A stretch of DNA of 64,000 nt from Octopus sinensis (lineage: Eukaryota), in NCBI RefSeq assembly GCF_006345805.1, contig NC_043007.1, forward strand, positions 5,084,001 through 5,148,000, written 5' to 3'. The notes beneath the pieces were generated by a model. The model searched no databases. It saw only the letters and a list, made by a program, of their open reading frames with translations, and had not been told where the DNA came from. This document shows, in pieces, positions 37,076-51,346 of this stretch (position 1 is its first letter; every line of letters begins with the position of its first letter). Both the position numbers and the translations under genes were made by a program.

Positions 37076-38873
37076 TAGTGAGATTATTGCTATTAATATT
37101 CCTCTTGAACCTTTGTAAGCCCACACCTGTGAAAAAGACATGAGAAAGTGAAGGAATTCTGGAGAGCAGATGTTCTGGGAAGGAAGGACAAAGTGTTGTG
37201 ATCAGCATGGTGTCTGGAGGATGCAGTTAGACACCACAAAATGGACGAGTTAAGAAGAAATGAGTGAGTCCTGACTGGCCCCCGTGCCAGTGGCACGTAA
37301 AAAGCACCCACTACACTCTCGGAGTAGTTGGCATTAGGAAGGGCATCCAGCTGTAGAAACCCTGCCAGATCTAGATTGAAGCTTGGTGCAGCCATCTGGT
37401 TCGCCAGCCCTCAGTCAAAACCGTCCAACCCATGCTAGCATGGAAAGCGGATGTTAAACGATGATGATGATGAATCTTCATTCAGAGCGTACAATAATTA
37501 GTTGTTGAAGGGCATGGAGGGAGGTAGTTTCAGATGTTTAGAAGAAAAGGTTAATAGATGTACTTTGTATGGCATGTGTGAGACTTCACTTCTGAAGGAA
37601 TTCGAAGGGGGGCAGCATAATGGACATTTTATACATAGCAGAGTTCATTCCTTTCCAGACCTAAACATTGCTGATTCCTTCCAGAAAGAAAAAAGAGTGA
37701 AAAGAAGAATCAATTCCAGTACTGAACTGGAATTCTATCAATTGACCGTTCTTGAAAGGATGGAAGGCAAAGTTGACCTCTTTGCAATTTAAACTCAGTG
37801 CCATAAAAGACATTGCAAAGCATTCTGTCAAGCACAGTAATGGTTGCTTCAGCTTGCTGCCTTGAAAGTGCTTATAAATTGCAGAAATGTAGAGGTGCAT
37901 AGCTAAGGGGTTAGGGTATTGCACTCTTGATTGTAAGATTGTGGTTACAATTCTTAGGGTTTTGGGGTTTCGAGTAGAACACTTCATTTCATGTTGCTCC
38001 AGGCCACTCAGTGGGCAAAAGGGAGTAATGCTGAAGTTGATCAGTCCAAGGAGGAATATATAAACACCAGAGAAACTGACCTGGTATTCCTCATTGAGTA
38101 ATGTGGAATAACCAAATGTACAGAACTAAATGAAGATGTAGAGAAATTCCATTTCAGGTTGACAAACTTGAAAAAAAATGTGATCAATGTTGATGTGCCG
38201 GTGGCACCTAAAAACCACCATCTGTATGTGGCCGATGCCAGTGCCGCCTTGACTGGCTTCCGTTTTGGTGGCACATAAAAACCACCAACCGATCGTGGCC
38301 ATTGCCAGCCTCCCCTGGCACCTGTGCCAGTGGCACATAAAAAGCACCCACTACACTCACGGAGTGGTTGGCGTTAGGAAGGGCATCCAGCTGTAGAAAC
38401 ATTGCCAGATCAGACTGGTCCCTGGTGCAGCCTTCTGGCTTCCCAGACCCCGGTCGAACCGTCCAACCCATGCCAGCAAGGAAAACGGATGTTAAACGAT
38501 GATGATGATGACTTGTGACAGGTGGGGGAGGGTGCTGATGAGGGCAACATTATGATGCTTTGCTTTATCTGTGCCATGTCTTACCTGTTCGTTTGTATTA
38601 CATTCTTTTGACTTGCCTTGAGATAGTGGTAACACTGAGAAAATGTCTAAACTCTGAAAATATGTAGCAAAGATATTGGTTGTAAAAGAAAAATCCCCAT
38701 AAAGCGACAGGTGAAAGAATGTTGCAAGGATACGAGATGGCTCTGGAATGCAATGTTATCAAGGGTAGGGCTCTTCCGTTCTTGAACAGGTGGAACACTG
38801 AGGATTTGAGGATGTGGCAGTTGGAGGGGGGGAGAGAGGGAGAGAGAGCAAGAGAGGGAGGGTGAGAGAGAGT

Positions 38874-38934
<61 letters not shown>

Positions 38935-41307
38935 TTATTTTCAGCTAAGGATAGAGAAACAATGGGAAAGAATGTGTCTTTGTGAAAGACTCAATGCAAT
39001 GCCAGTCTAGAAATTGAACTCATGACCTAAGGATAGCAAGAGTAGTACTATGGACATATGATTAGACTGTTGTGAGAGCGAATAAGAGGACTGATTCTTC
39101 AAGCGGAGCCAACCACCAGGAGATATAGCAGAAAACCAAGAACAAAGTGGTTAGAAAATATCTGTAGTCTCATTTGGTTACACTTGGGAATCCAGTGGAT
39201 AAGTCTAATGAAGATTGTTTCTGATAATATCCTAAGGAGAAGGTGACTAAGGACTCTACCTCCATGACCTTCCCAAAAATAGTAGGTGGAGAATATAGAT
39301 GGATGAATCAGCTTACAAAATTCAAATTATAGTAACATTTTGGGCTGTGCTCTTGACTGCAGGCAGCCATCCAACAAACTCGTCTTCATTTCTTCTTGGG
39401 TGAAGGGTCTCACTCAAAACATTATAATTCACATTTCCTCTTCATACAACAACTTATAATTTTATGAACTTAATTAACTGATATTTGTCTAGACTAGAAG
39501 TCAACAAAATGGTCAATATTGATCCCCATGTGGCTACCCAAGGGGTTGATAAACACATGCAATGATTTAAAGTATTAAAGGTGCTGAAGCATTAGCAAAC
39601 TGAATCTGGAAGTTTGCAGTAATTTAAGGCTTAGAACTCTCCAATTTCCAGCCAAATATCCAAGCAATACTGACTAAGATTCGACTAACATGAATTTCAT
39701 TAGATATTCTGACTTATAGCAATATAATATGACTAAATTTTTATTGTTCTTTATCAATTTTGTTAAGCATTTTCATTAAATTTCCTTAAATATTTCTTAT
39801 AAAAATTGGAAAACACTGCTCCAGTGTACACAGATTAGAGATACTGGGTTATGTTTTTTTTTATTGCCAATTGATTTGTAGACTTTCACCTTTCCTGTCT
39901 ATTTTATCATTTATTGAAACTTATGTGTATTTGCTATAACTGGATACACATTATTCAATATAAATGAAATTTAAAATGGTTGCAAAGAAGGGTTGATTTT
40001 AAAAGGGGTCTCCAATAGAGGGCTAATTTAGAAGAGTATATATTAAAAACCATGCTGTGCTTGAGAAGACCTAGCAAGCCAAATGAGACCATAACCTCGT
40101 GGCCTATGCCAGGGGCGTAACCAGCCCACTTGTGCATACCTTTTCCTTCTTTGGACACTAAATTCTGCTTGCAAAGACCGGTTGAGGCAAATGAAATCAA
40201 AATCAATGTGAAATTCGATGATGGGCACGAGCACTATCTGAGCGTGATCGTTGACAAAGCGGCTAGCCGGCTTCTGTGCCTGGGGCACATAAAAGGCACC
40301 ATTCGAGTGTGATCGTTACCAGTGTCGCCTTACTGGTAGTTGTGCCCCGTGCTAGTAGGGTGCCAAGAGCACCATCTGAGTGTGATCGTTGCCAGAGTGG
40401 CTAACTGACTTCCGTGCTGGTGACATGTAAGAGGCACCATTCATGTGTGATCGTTACCAGCATCGCCTTACTGGCACCTGTGCCGGTGGCATGTGTAAAA
40501 AGATTCAAGCGAGGTTGTTGCCAGTACTGCCTGAGTGGCCCCTGTGCCGGTGGCACGTAAAAGCACCCACTACACTCTTGGAGTGGTTGGCATTAGGAAG
40601 GGAATCCAGCTGTAGAAACTCTGCCAGATCAAGACTGGAGCCTGGTGCAGCCATCTGGTTCACCAGTCCTCAGTCAAACCGTCCAACCCATGCCAGCATG
40701 GAAAGCGAACGTTAAATGATGATGATGATGATGATGTTGGAGATATCAGATAAATAGAGCTTAATGATTGTAAAGTTATAAACAACTACTAATCCTGCAT
40801 ATTAAAATTAATGAGTTAAATTAATTAACATATAAAAAGAGATTATTATACATTTAGCTAGGGAAGTAATTAGGTTTTTCTTCTGCTGATTTTCAAAGAG
40901 TAGGAACTAAATAATGCGCAGGGCTATCCTTTATATTCTAAAGTTTAGAAGATGTGAATTTGTTTCCTGCACATCACTCATTACTCTTTTACTGGTTTTG
41001 GTCATGCTGGGGCAACACCTTGAAGAGATTGTTGTGAATTATATTGATGCCCCCTATCCCGCAACCCAACCTGCCCAGTGCTTGGTTTTTATGCCTGAGT
41101 CTTTATCAATCTCTAATAGATGTGTTGCTACTAGTTTCAGGAAATTAGTAGGTCTTTGTTGCTTAGCTACAAATACACATGCAAACACTCACATGCACAT
41201 ACACACATACATATACATACGTGTGTGTGTGTATGTGCGTCCCTCTTTATCCCTCTCTCTCACCCTCTCTGGGTGTATATATATATATATTATATATATA
41301 TATACAT

Positions 41308-41338
<31 letters not shown>

Positions 41339-41377
41339 TCATCATTATCATCATCGTTTAATGTCTGCTTTCCATGC

Positions 41378-41410
<33 letters not shown>

Positions 41411-41641
41411 TATAGGTTTGGTGGCTTGTATTTCAACCTATTTCATAAGTCAGAATTTGTTAATATTACAAGTTTTAACAAAAGTTATTATTATTAATTA
41501 CCTGAATCATGAATGTCTAATTAGAAGATATATGCAGGCAATATGAAAGAGATGTTAGATATCTAATTAATATTTAATGGATTGATCTCCTTTGTAATAA
41601 TTAAAATGATTAAAAAAAAAGATAGACTGACAAATAGAAGC

Positions 41642-41714
<73 letters not shown>

Positions 41715-42548
41715 GTTCGGTAAGCAATACAGGAAGGAGAAGAAAAGAAACCATGATACAAAAGTGAGGATAAGTAATTGCCAACAGAAATAGATGGAAA
41801 TGTCAAGAAATATTGCTTTGGTGGTTGGCGAAATGAAGGACTGAAATGAAAAGTGATGAAAATGTGTAAATCAGTGTAAGAAGATGTATGAGGGGGAGAG
41901 GAAGAAGGAAATGGAAAGAAGAAAGTATAGAAAGTGGTGATGGTGGTGGTGGTGGTGGTGATGGTGGTGGTGGTGGTGGTGTTGAAAGAAGGCAAACATC
42001 GTTGAGAGGAGATGATTGCATGCAGCTGTTTGGAGGCTGATGGTTTGGCATGGATGAGTGGGCATTTGGCCTGTTTTATCAACAGTGCTTTTTGGTGTTA
42101 GCAGCAAACGTGTGCATGCATGCAGACAGGCACAAAATATACACAGGGAGAGAATAACATAAAAGGCAAGGGAAAAACCTTATGATGTCTGTTGTCAAAT
42201 AAGTCAGCCTCAAATCAGCAATTCCAACCAAAGAGCTGGTGCCAAATCAACCATGAAGGAATCCTTGACAGCCAACAGGTTTTGCAGAGAGAACATTGCA
42301 ATTGCTGCATCATGGTTTTTGAGTTGTGATTGAATTACTTTTAATTGTTTTGTGTTTGTTTATTGTTTGTGTTGAGAAATAATCCAACAACATTCTTCCA
42401 AATATTATTGACCAATCACAAGACATCAACAAATATATCATTGATGTAAAATGACAGTAATGAAATAATTTAAATGCATACACATAAAAACTATATATAT
42501 ATATATGCTTGGAAGTGGATGCGTGGTGTTCGATCATATAATAACAAA

Positions 42549-42916
42549 TCTCTCAATATATAAACAGCAAAATGTCTGTCTGTGTGTGTGTTCTTTATAC
42601 AAATCCACAATTTTTCAGTTAGAGGGCTTGCACTTTCTATGGTCATTCAAAACCGTCCAAGGGTGGTCGTGCACATCTTTACATTTCCCTAGTCACCCTG
42701 CAAAGCCATTAGAAAATCAATAGAAGTGACTTTTTTGTGAATTTTCTATCCAAAACCCAATCAAAATGCCCGAAACTTGATACGCCAATCGAATGCCAGC
42801 TAGCTGTATGTGACTGGTCGGAGAGTTGGACAGTACTCGCATGAATGTGCGCACGCACGCAGCTGTATATGCATGCACTAGCACTATGATCCAGCATTGC
42901 TGGGTCATAGTGCTAG
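42549..42916 (+). mobile_element. Non-autonomous Helitron-like element
   Basis: A|TC start at 42549, subterminal hairpin CCAGC-ATT-GCTGG, CTAG|T end at 42913-42917, no TSD. Confidence 0.6.
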
Positions 42917-45900
42917 TTAATAAATAAAACATATGCATACATACATATATGTACATACCTACATCTATATGTATATATACATGCATATATGGGTACAGGA
43001 CACCACAAAAGCGTAGAACACAATGAGAAATGAAAACATAAAAACAAAAACATGGAAACGGACTTTTCAAACAACGAAAAAACAGAGTACAAGACATACA
43101 ACACAAGGAATATTCCCCTTCTTCAGTTGTCCCTGCTTCGACTACTCCGTGTTTCGAAGGTAAGGGCAAGTACACATACACACACGCATATACATATGTG
43201 TGTGTGTACATACAACTTTTCTACACAGCAGTGAAACATAGGCTTTGACTCCAGAGAACATGCAAAGGCTTGAAGGACATGAAGCCAGTTATAGTGCACT
43301 GGATGGGGGAATATCATCAGGCATGTGTGGCAGAGTGAAAAATGGCTTAAAAGAAAAAATGGGTGTAAGCGGTTGTAGTGTGCAAGGGTGAAGACGGCAC
43401 TGGTATAGATGAGGATAATTACATAAAGAAGTGCTGATTTTCAAATGTGGAGGGAACCTGTGGAAGGGGTAGAAGACATGGGTGAAGTAGTGAGAAAGGA
43501 TCTCCAGATGCTGGGCCTCACACAGGGACTGACAAGGGAGCAAGGGTTCTGGTGGTTTGCTATGCTTGAGAAGACGCATCAAGCTAAGTAAAACTATGGC
43601 TGTCCATACATACAGGTTTGTCTTCTATATCGCTCTCTCAGGTGAGAGGTCCTTCCCTTGTGGGCTCATGGGTGCTGGTGTCACATAAAGAGCACTTGTG
43701 GTGGTGTTGCATAGAAGCACCGATGCCAGTGCCACATAAAAGCATCTGTGCTGCTGCTATGCTGAAAGTACCCAGTCCACGCTCTGTAAAGTGGTTGGCA
43801 TCAAGAAGGGCATCCTGTGGTAGACACCATGCCAAAACGGACAAATGGATCCTGGTCAGCTGTCCGGCAGGCAGGCTCCTGTCAAACCTTCTTACTCGTG
43901 TTAGCATGGAAAGTGAACGTTAAATGATGATGATAATGATGATGATTTATATATCATCATCATCATCATCATTATGATCGTTGTCGTTTAACGTCTGCTT
44001 TCTATGCTGGCATGGGTTGGATGGTTTGACTGAGGACTGGCAAGCCAGAAGGCTGCACCTGGCTCCAATCTGACCTGGCAGAGTTTCTACAGCTGGATGC
44101 CCTTCCTAATGCCAACCACTCCGAGAGTGTAGTGTTGGGAATGAAATATATTTATATGAAAACTGAACTTGGTGCCAGTTGTGAGCAGGTATGTGTTGAA
44201 ATCAACACATATTTAGTGTAGTGGAATAGTAATATAGTGGAATAATGGAATAATGGAATGGTATATTGAGCTTGAATGAGAAAGTGCATCAAAAGTTGTA
44301 TTTTCCACTTTATGTATTACATTACAACATTATATTTCAAGTAAGTTATCTTCATTAAAACTACAGCTATTTTCACAAATACATCATCCATGGAAGATTG
44401 GAAATGAAGGATATGAGTGTCCCTTGTATGACAGGGGCACTCATTTACAAAATATTGGTTTCTAATTTTGGCACAAAGCCAGCAATTTCAGGTGAGTGGA
44501 GTAAGTGAATTACATCGACCTCAGTGATCAACTGGTACTTATTTTATTGACCCTGAATTGCAAAGTCCACCTTGGCAGAATTTGAACTCAGAATGCAGAT
44601 ATGGACAAAATGCCACTAAGCATTTTACCCAGCATGCTGACAATTCTGCTAGTTTGCAGTCTTTTATTTACTAAATATTAATTTCATTCTATAACTGAAA
44701 TCATTCGCTAGTTGTAGATGTGCAATGTACAGCTAGGTGGGTACAAGGGACATGTTTGTTAAAGGAAATATAGAAGAAAAGGGGTTTGTGTATACATTGT
44801 GAATATTAGTGTTGAACATTTCACTCACAGAAAAGTAATTTACCAATTACAGACACAATATGCAAAGTTCCTAAAACACCAGAGTTATTTGTTAGCAAGT
44901 GAACATAATCGTAAATATTTTAAAACTAATAATAATAAATACCCTGATGCAATACCAGCCAGTTACTCTCATGGCTTCTGATCTTAAATGACTGGAAATG
45001 TTATCATGTCCATTGTTTTGTCTTGGTATGAGAGATGGCCACAGCAAGTATTCTGCTCAATATGGCAAATTTGCTTGTTACTTGCTTGACCACAACCACT
45101 TGAGCTAGTCCCTCAGTAGATGATGATTATGAGCAAAAGTGGTGGGTGAACATCATAGCCATGTGTTGAGAGGAATTCTTTGGGATTTGAATAATTCACC
45201 TCAGGAAACATGGGTGTATCATTCATCGTCCTCAAACAATCCTTATTCAGGGACCTTTTGAATAGGAGGGGCTACGTGACCTGAAGAAAATTCTAATTGG
45301 GCACCATCTGTAAGGTCATGCATCGTTTATCTTGATATTAGATCACCATGTCAGACACATATGGTTGTGATGCATGTACCTGGTGTACCGTTATCAGATG
45401 GGTAGTCATGATGGGTTAATTGGGCTTTGTATAGTTGTACCCCAGTGTCACTTTGATAGCATGCACTACTCTCTCACTCAATAATAATAAAATAATAATA
45501 ATAATAATAATAATAATCCTTTATACTTTAGGTGCAAGGCCTGAAAGTTAAGAGGAAGGGTTAACTGACACCAGTATACAACTGGTACTTAATTTATCAA
45601 CTCAGAAAGGATGAAAGGCAAAATAGATCTTGGTGGAATTTGAACTCAGAACATAAAGATGGGTGAAATGCCGCTAAGCATTTTGCCCAGTGTGCTAACA
45701 ATTCTGCCAGCTCAATGCCTTGATGATGATGATAATAATAATACTTTCTTATTTTTGTTACAAGATCAACAATTTTTAGGGTTTGGGTAAGTCAATTACA
45801 TTGACCCTTAATGCTCAAATAGTTGCTTATTTTATCAACCTGGGAAGGATGAAAAGACCTTGATGGAATTTGAACTCAGAATGTAATGAGTCAGAAGCAA

Positions 45901-48900
45901 CACTGCTAAGCATTTTGTTCCATGCTTTAATGTTCTTGTGATTAGGATTTGGACAATACATAGAATCTGCGGGGATCCTAAAACACCAAAATCATTTGTT
46001 AGCATGTAAATACGGTTATCTTTTTTTTTTCATTTTTGAAAATAATAACAATAACAGAATTGTTTCTATTATAAGCAGAAATTTTGATGGGCGGGAAAGG
46101 GGCTATTCATTGCCCCCACTGCTCAAGTGGTATTTATTCTATTGACCCTGAAAAGATGAAAGGCAAAGCTGACCTCAGTGGAAATTGAACTCAGGACATA
46201 ATGAATTGGATCAAATGCTTCTAAGGATATTCTCTTGTATGTTAACCCTCTTGCCAGCTATGACTTATATTATATAATATACTGAATTCCAAAAATTTTT
46301 TAGTGAATAAATTGTGCTATTTTTTTGCTATAAATAACAATAACAACAATAATAATAATAATGATAAAGCCTATGTTTGCTTCTTACTGCATTTGTATCA
46401 AGTTATTACGGCATGGTGAGGACAAAGGGTAACTTATTGCAGTGTAGAGGATCATAAGATTCTCAGCTTTAGATCAACTGACCCATACTCACATGCTTGG
46501 GTGTCAAATCAAAGGCATTTTCAGAAAATGTGAAAGAACCACGGCTTAATGATGAGAGCTCGTTTTCGAAATGTGTGGCAGCACTGGAATATTTCTCCCA
46601 TTTCTCTGCCAGAATATGTTGGAACTTTTTAATTATGGATTCTGCTTTTGGATCATCTATATCTATTGCTGCCAAAAGATGAGCTAAGATTTCAAACCTT
46701 GGTTTCGAGTTACAGCTGTTATGGCTAGGCTCATGGTACAAATCAAAAGGTTTTGTTTTAGCTTGGCAACTTGTGTCTTGGTGATGGATATTAAGAAACG
46801 ATGCAACCTGCCACATGGAAATATCATAACTGTCATTTAAACAGGAATATCAAGGTTTCAATTGCAATTATTATCAAGTACACCTATGGACTTTAACCAG
46901 ACTGGTGTCATCCTCACCTTGACTGATGCCTTTCACTATGTTTTGGCTGTTGTATGCTCCAAACTTCTTCAGGTGTCAAAAATGGTATGGAATGCAGAGA
47001 ATGGTATGAGAGCAATGTATCCCCGTGAATCAAATAAAGGAAAGGGTTTGAAATTCTGATACAACAACTGAATTCAGCACAAGACACCCAAATAAGGCTG
47101 GAAGATACAACAGCAGAAATGTAGTGAAAGTAACAATCAAGATGAAGCGAACACCAGTTTGATTCATAAAAACAATTCCTGATCTCAGAAATATAGAATT
47201 GGAATAATTACGTTTTAGCATCAACTGGTTGATTGATTGGTGGCTGAGAGATAAATGAATGTTTTCCCAAAATTCATTTGTTAACACACGTTATAGGAAT
47301 CACAATACGTCCTCTTGGACAATAGCTGCCCCACTCTTTATTTTCAGTACACAAACTTTTATTCTCTTCTCTTCTCTCTCTCTCTCCCTCTCTCATTGCA
47401 ACTTATTTCTGTTTCTCCTTTTTCATTAACCGATTCTCTGTGAACAACTTGTGTCTATCTTCTTACCTGCTTGGTTACCTATCTACCTGCCTACCTGACC
47501 ACCTGTCTTTTGCTTGTCTGCTTGCTAGTTTATTTATCAGTCTGTCTATCTGTCAGTAGCTGCTTGCTTGTCTGCTCATCTACCTGTCTCTCCCTGTCCA
47601 TCTACCAACCTGTCAATCTACCTGCCTATCTATCATTCACTTCATCCATTATGATCTATCTGCCAGTTTGTCCCTCTGTCCGTCTGTCTGTCTCTCTCTC
47701 TCTCTGTCTCTCTCTCTCTCCTCATCAATTTCCCTGCTCTTCCCACCCATTCATTAAACCATTAAATCAAAAATTTTACACAAATACATAAAGCCTTATC
47801 ATTCACATTCTTTACCTGCTCGCCCCTCACCCCTTCCACAGGTAAATCATTAAATAGAATTCTATGAAGACGTTTATGCATTTAAAATATTTCTTAAAAG
47901 AACTAAAAATGAGTTTTTGTTACAGCAACAATCCAGAAAATTAAATTGAAATTGAGAAGACATAATATAATTATTTTAATTTTTTTTTTTTAGAAATTTC
48001 AAACATTAATTAACCTAAATAAGAACTATGCAGATATGTAAACTCAAAAGCAGCAGCAGCAGCACCTGGTGTTCCACCAGTACCACCACCACCAACAACA
48101 ACAAAGTTTCAGCAACTACCACCACTACCATCATAAACCATCAAGATGGTCTCTGTGTTGCCATTTGATTTCCTAGAAATAACAGCCAAACCTCCCTCAC
48201 TCCCAGTCTTACCATGCTGAAAAGAGCAGGTTGCATTGCCTAATGTATTCCTAGAAACCCTTATTAAGACAAGACGGTCCTGGCTGTAATGTTTTTTTTT
48301 GTTCAAAAGTTTACTTGGTGGTGGTTGACCTAGGGCTAAATAACAACAGCAGCAACATCAACATAGCTAGCTTCATCATGACATGGCAGCTACATTTCAT
48401 GCAAACAAACCCCCAATTATCTTAAAAACAATAGATCAGGTTTCAGGTGAATCAGACACCTGAATAGATATAATGGGCTGCTTTCAGTTTCTATTCACCA
48501 AATGGATTCACAAGTCTTTGGTCAGTCTGTGGCTCTTGTAAAACACATTTGTTCAAGCCCCCGTCCCACTGCCAGTACCCCTCACCCATCCCATTGGTTA
48601 GAACCCAAAACCTATGCATCCACTGAAATTTTCTACCATCATTGTATATGGATGTCTTCCTGTGGATCTTAAATGCAAATATTGCATAGAAACTTTCCCG
48701 TTAACAGCAGTTGCTACAATTAACTGCTAGCTCATTAACCTCTGACCTTATGGATTGTCTAAGGTAAAGCCAATGTTTTCTTTTCTGTTTTGGGAAGGCT
48801 TCCTGTAAGGCAGACATGTGACAGTCTATAATGTACAGGGTTATGACTATTTGTATGATATAAAGTTGCAAAAATACAAAATTACAAGCTTTTATAAACT

Positions 48901-49913
48901 ACAAAATTAACCCCTTATGTATATTTATCAATATCAACCTGTCTGAGACCATCTTTGGTCCTTTGATACAAACTTTCTATTTTAAAGGGATTTTAATTAA
49001 AACTTCCCATTATTTAGGTTCCAAACAATAACTTAACGAGAAACTTATTTTACTAAATTCTTCATTATTTAAAATAAATAAATAAATGAAACAAAAGCAG
49101 CATTTGGTGAAGAAAAGGTCAAGAAACAAAGCTATGGTAGGCTATAAGGGACACAATTGACAGCACCTATAAGGTTTAAGATATCATATGATTTAAAATG
49201 TCATTGTTTGTGAGTTGTCAGCAGCTATGATCAATCTTACATTCAAAGAATCTCATAAGCAACTCTGTAAATGTAGATATGCAATCAAGCAAATACCGTT
49301 TGTCAATCACTTATCATTTCTTGAATGTTTTGCTTCTCCTGGCATTGCCACTAGAGTTCCAATGTCCAGCAGTTGACTTGTTAGAAGCTCACAAGACCAT
49401 CCGCCATCTTTCCAACAACAAGTTTGGCCTCTTTTTTGAGCTCAATAGCTCTTGTGGACATACGTATAAATTCATAGAACAGCACAGCATCCATGACTTT
49501 TGAAGACATATTTTTAATACAGAGAATTGTTGAAGCATGGAATAAATTAGCCCCATCAATTGTTAGTTGCCAAGACACTGTATCCTTCAAGAATTCCGTG
49601 TTTCCTGAAATTCCCCAACATTATCCTCAAGTGCTTCTGTAACCGTTATCTTCATGACTCTCATCTTCCTGTCATGTATATCATGCGTGTACTTCTAGTT
49701 TTCCTTGCTGTCCTTCTTTACTTGACTAAGTCTGCTTTTGGTTCCCTTTTTACCATTTCCTGATAAGTTGCAGTGCACCTGAGCACTGTATACAATACGC
49801 TAATTAATATCATAAGCAGTAAACGAATGAGTAAAATAATAAAAAAAAAAAGATAAGGGAAAAACAAAACAAAACTAATAATAGAAATGAATGAAACCAA
49901 TAATTAGTCTTAC

Positions 49914-50068
49914 CTTATCAATCTGGACTCTTGTGGTCTTCTTCCGATATTCCGATTCTGTTGGCAGGTTTTCCCACAACCGATGAGATGAATCGTATTT
50001 TTCTTTTAAGCGAGGAAAATGTTCAAACATATAATCAATGATAAAAACCTTTATTCCCAGAAGTATTC
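49914..50068 (-). CDS. GRAMD4: GRAMD4-like exon: ILLGIKVFIIDYMFEHFPRLKEKYDSSHRLWENLPTESEYRKKTTRVQIDK
   Basis: ctgttag|GA ATA ... AAG|gtaaga; 155 nt, phase 1-0; human LYAGIKFFLIDFIFKRCPRLRAKYDTPYIIWRSLPTD. Confidence 0.93.
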
Positions 50069-50623
50069 CTAACAGAAACCAAAAATAAAAAAATCATAAT
50101 TAATTAATTAATTAATGAATAATTAACTATTGAGAAAGTTTTTCTAATAAATAATTTGAATAGATTAAATACAAGTGGCAATGAGATATTTTCCTTTTCC
50201 TCGCCCAACAAAAAATCAATTGTTTTCAAAGATGTTTATGAGAATTACATGAAAGAAAAAAGATTGCCGAGGGAGGAGGAGGAGGAGGGGGAGCAGGTAA
50301 ACGATGATTATGATAATAATAATCCTTTCTACTATAGCCACAAAGCCTGAAATTTTGGGGGAGGGGAAAAGTCAATTACAAAACCCCAGTACTTAACTGG
50401 TATTTATTTTATTGTCTCTCAAAAGATGAAAGGCTAAGTTGACCTCGGTAGAATTTGAACTCAGAACATAAAGATGAACCAAATGATGCTAAGCATTTTC
50501 CTGGCATGCTAACGATTCTGTCAGCTCGCCAACTTAGGTTATAATAATAACAATATTAATAATAATAATAATGATAATAATAATGATAATATAATAATGA
50601 TAATGATAATGATAATAATAATA

Positions 50624-51346
50624 GAAACCATTGATCATGTTGTCTCCAAGTGCAGTCTTCTAGCGTCTACAGAGTACCTCAACAGGCACGATAGAGCTGC
50701 ACAATATATTCACTGGGTAATTTGCAAAAGCCTGGACTTGCCCCATGAAAAAAACTGGTGGGAACACAAACCACCTCCAGTGCTTGAAAATGACCACATG
50801 TCACTCCTCAGGAACTTCACTATTCAAACTGACAAAGAGATCGATGCGAATAGGCCAGACATCATAGTGAAAGACTTCAGACAAAGAACATGCCTCCTCA
50901 TTGATATGACTGTCCCAATCGATATAAACGTATCTGTCAAGACCTACCAAAAATTGAGCAAATATAAAGATCTTGAAATAGAAATCAGCAAAATGTGGAA
51001 CCTGAAGACTAAAACAATACCTGTTGTCATAGGTGCCCTGGGAATGATAGCAAAAGGGGCTGATTGCTACCTAGCTCCGATACCAGGAAACCCAAAATGG
51101 CAAAAATTGAAAAGATAGTGCTCATGGGAATTGCTCATATCCTATGCAAAATACTTTCTATGTAATCTCAAATTTTAAAACAAACATATAATTTTCTGAT
51201 GGTTTCTTAGACATTCTCTAGAACAAAACCAAATATATGGCACCCTAGGCATAACACCAACATGAACTTCTAGCTTGTTGTCTCTTGAGGTCTCTGGGTG
51301 AGACTTGGAGCCAACTTGCACAAATGTAATGCAAAAGTCAAACACA

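Noticed and set aside
43085-43175. CTGAAGA and GAAAC motifs on minus strand suggesting a permuted hammerhead
   Set aside because: Stems I and III do not pair in any permutation I tried.
47030-47287. 85-aa ORF with a TM-like stretch; also 49381-49590 and 6335-6610
   Set aside because: No recognisable homology or consistent splice phase; not enough support to call a CDS.
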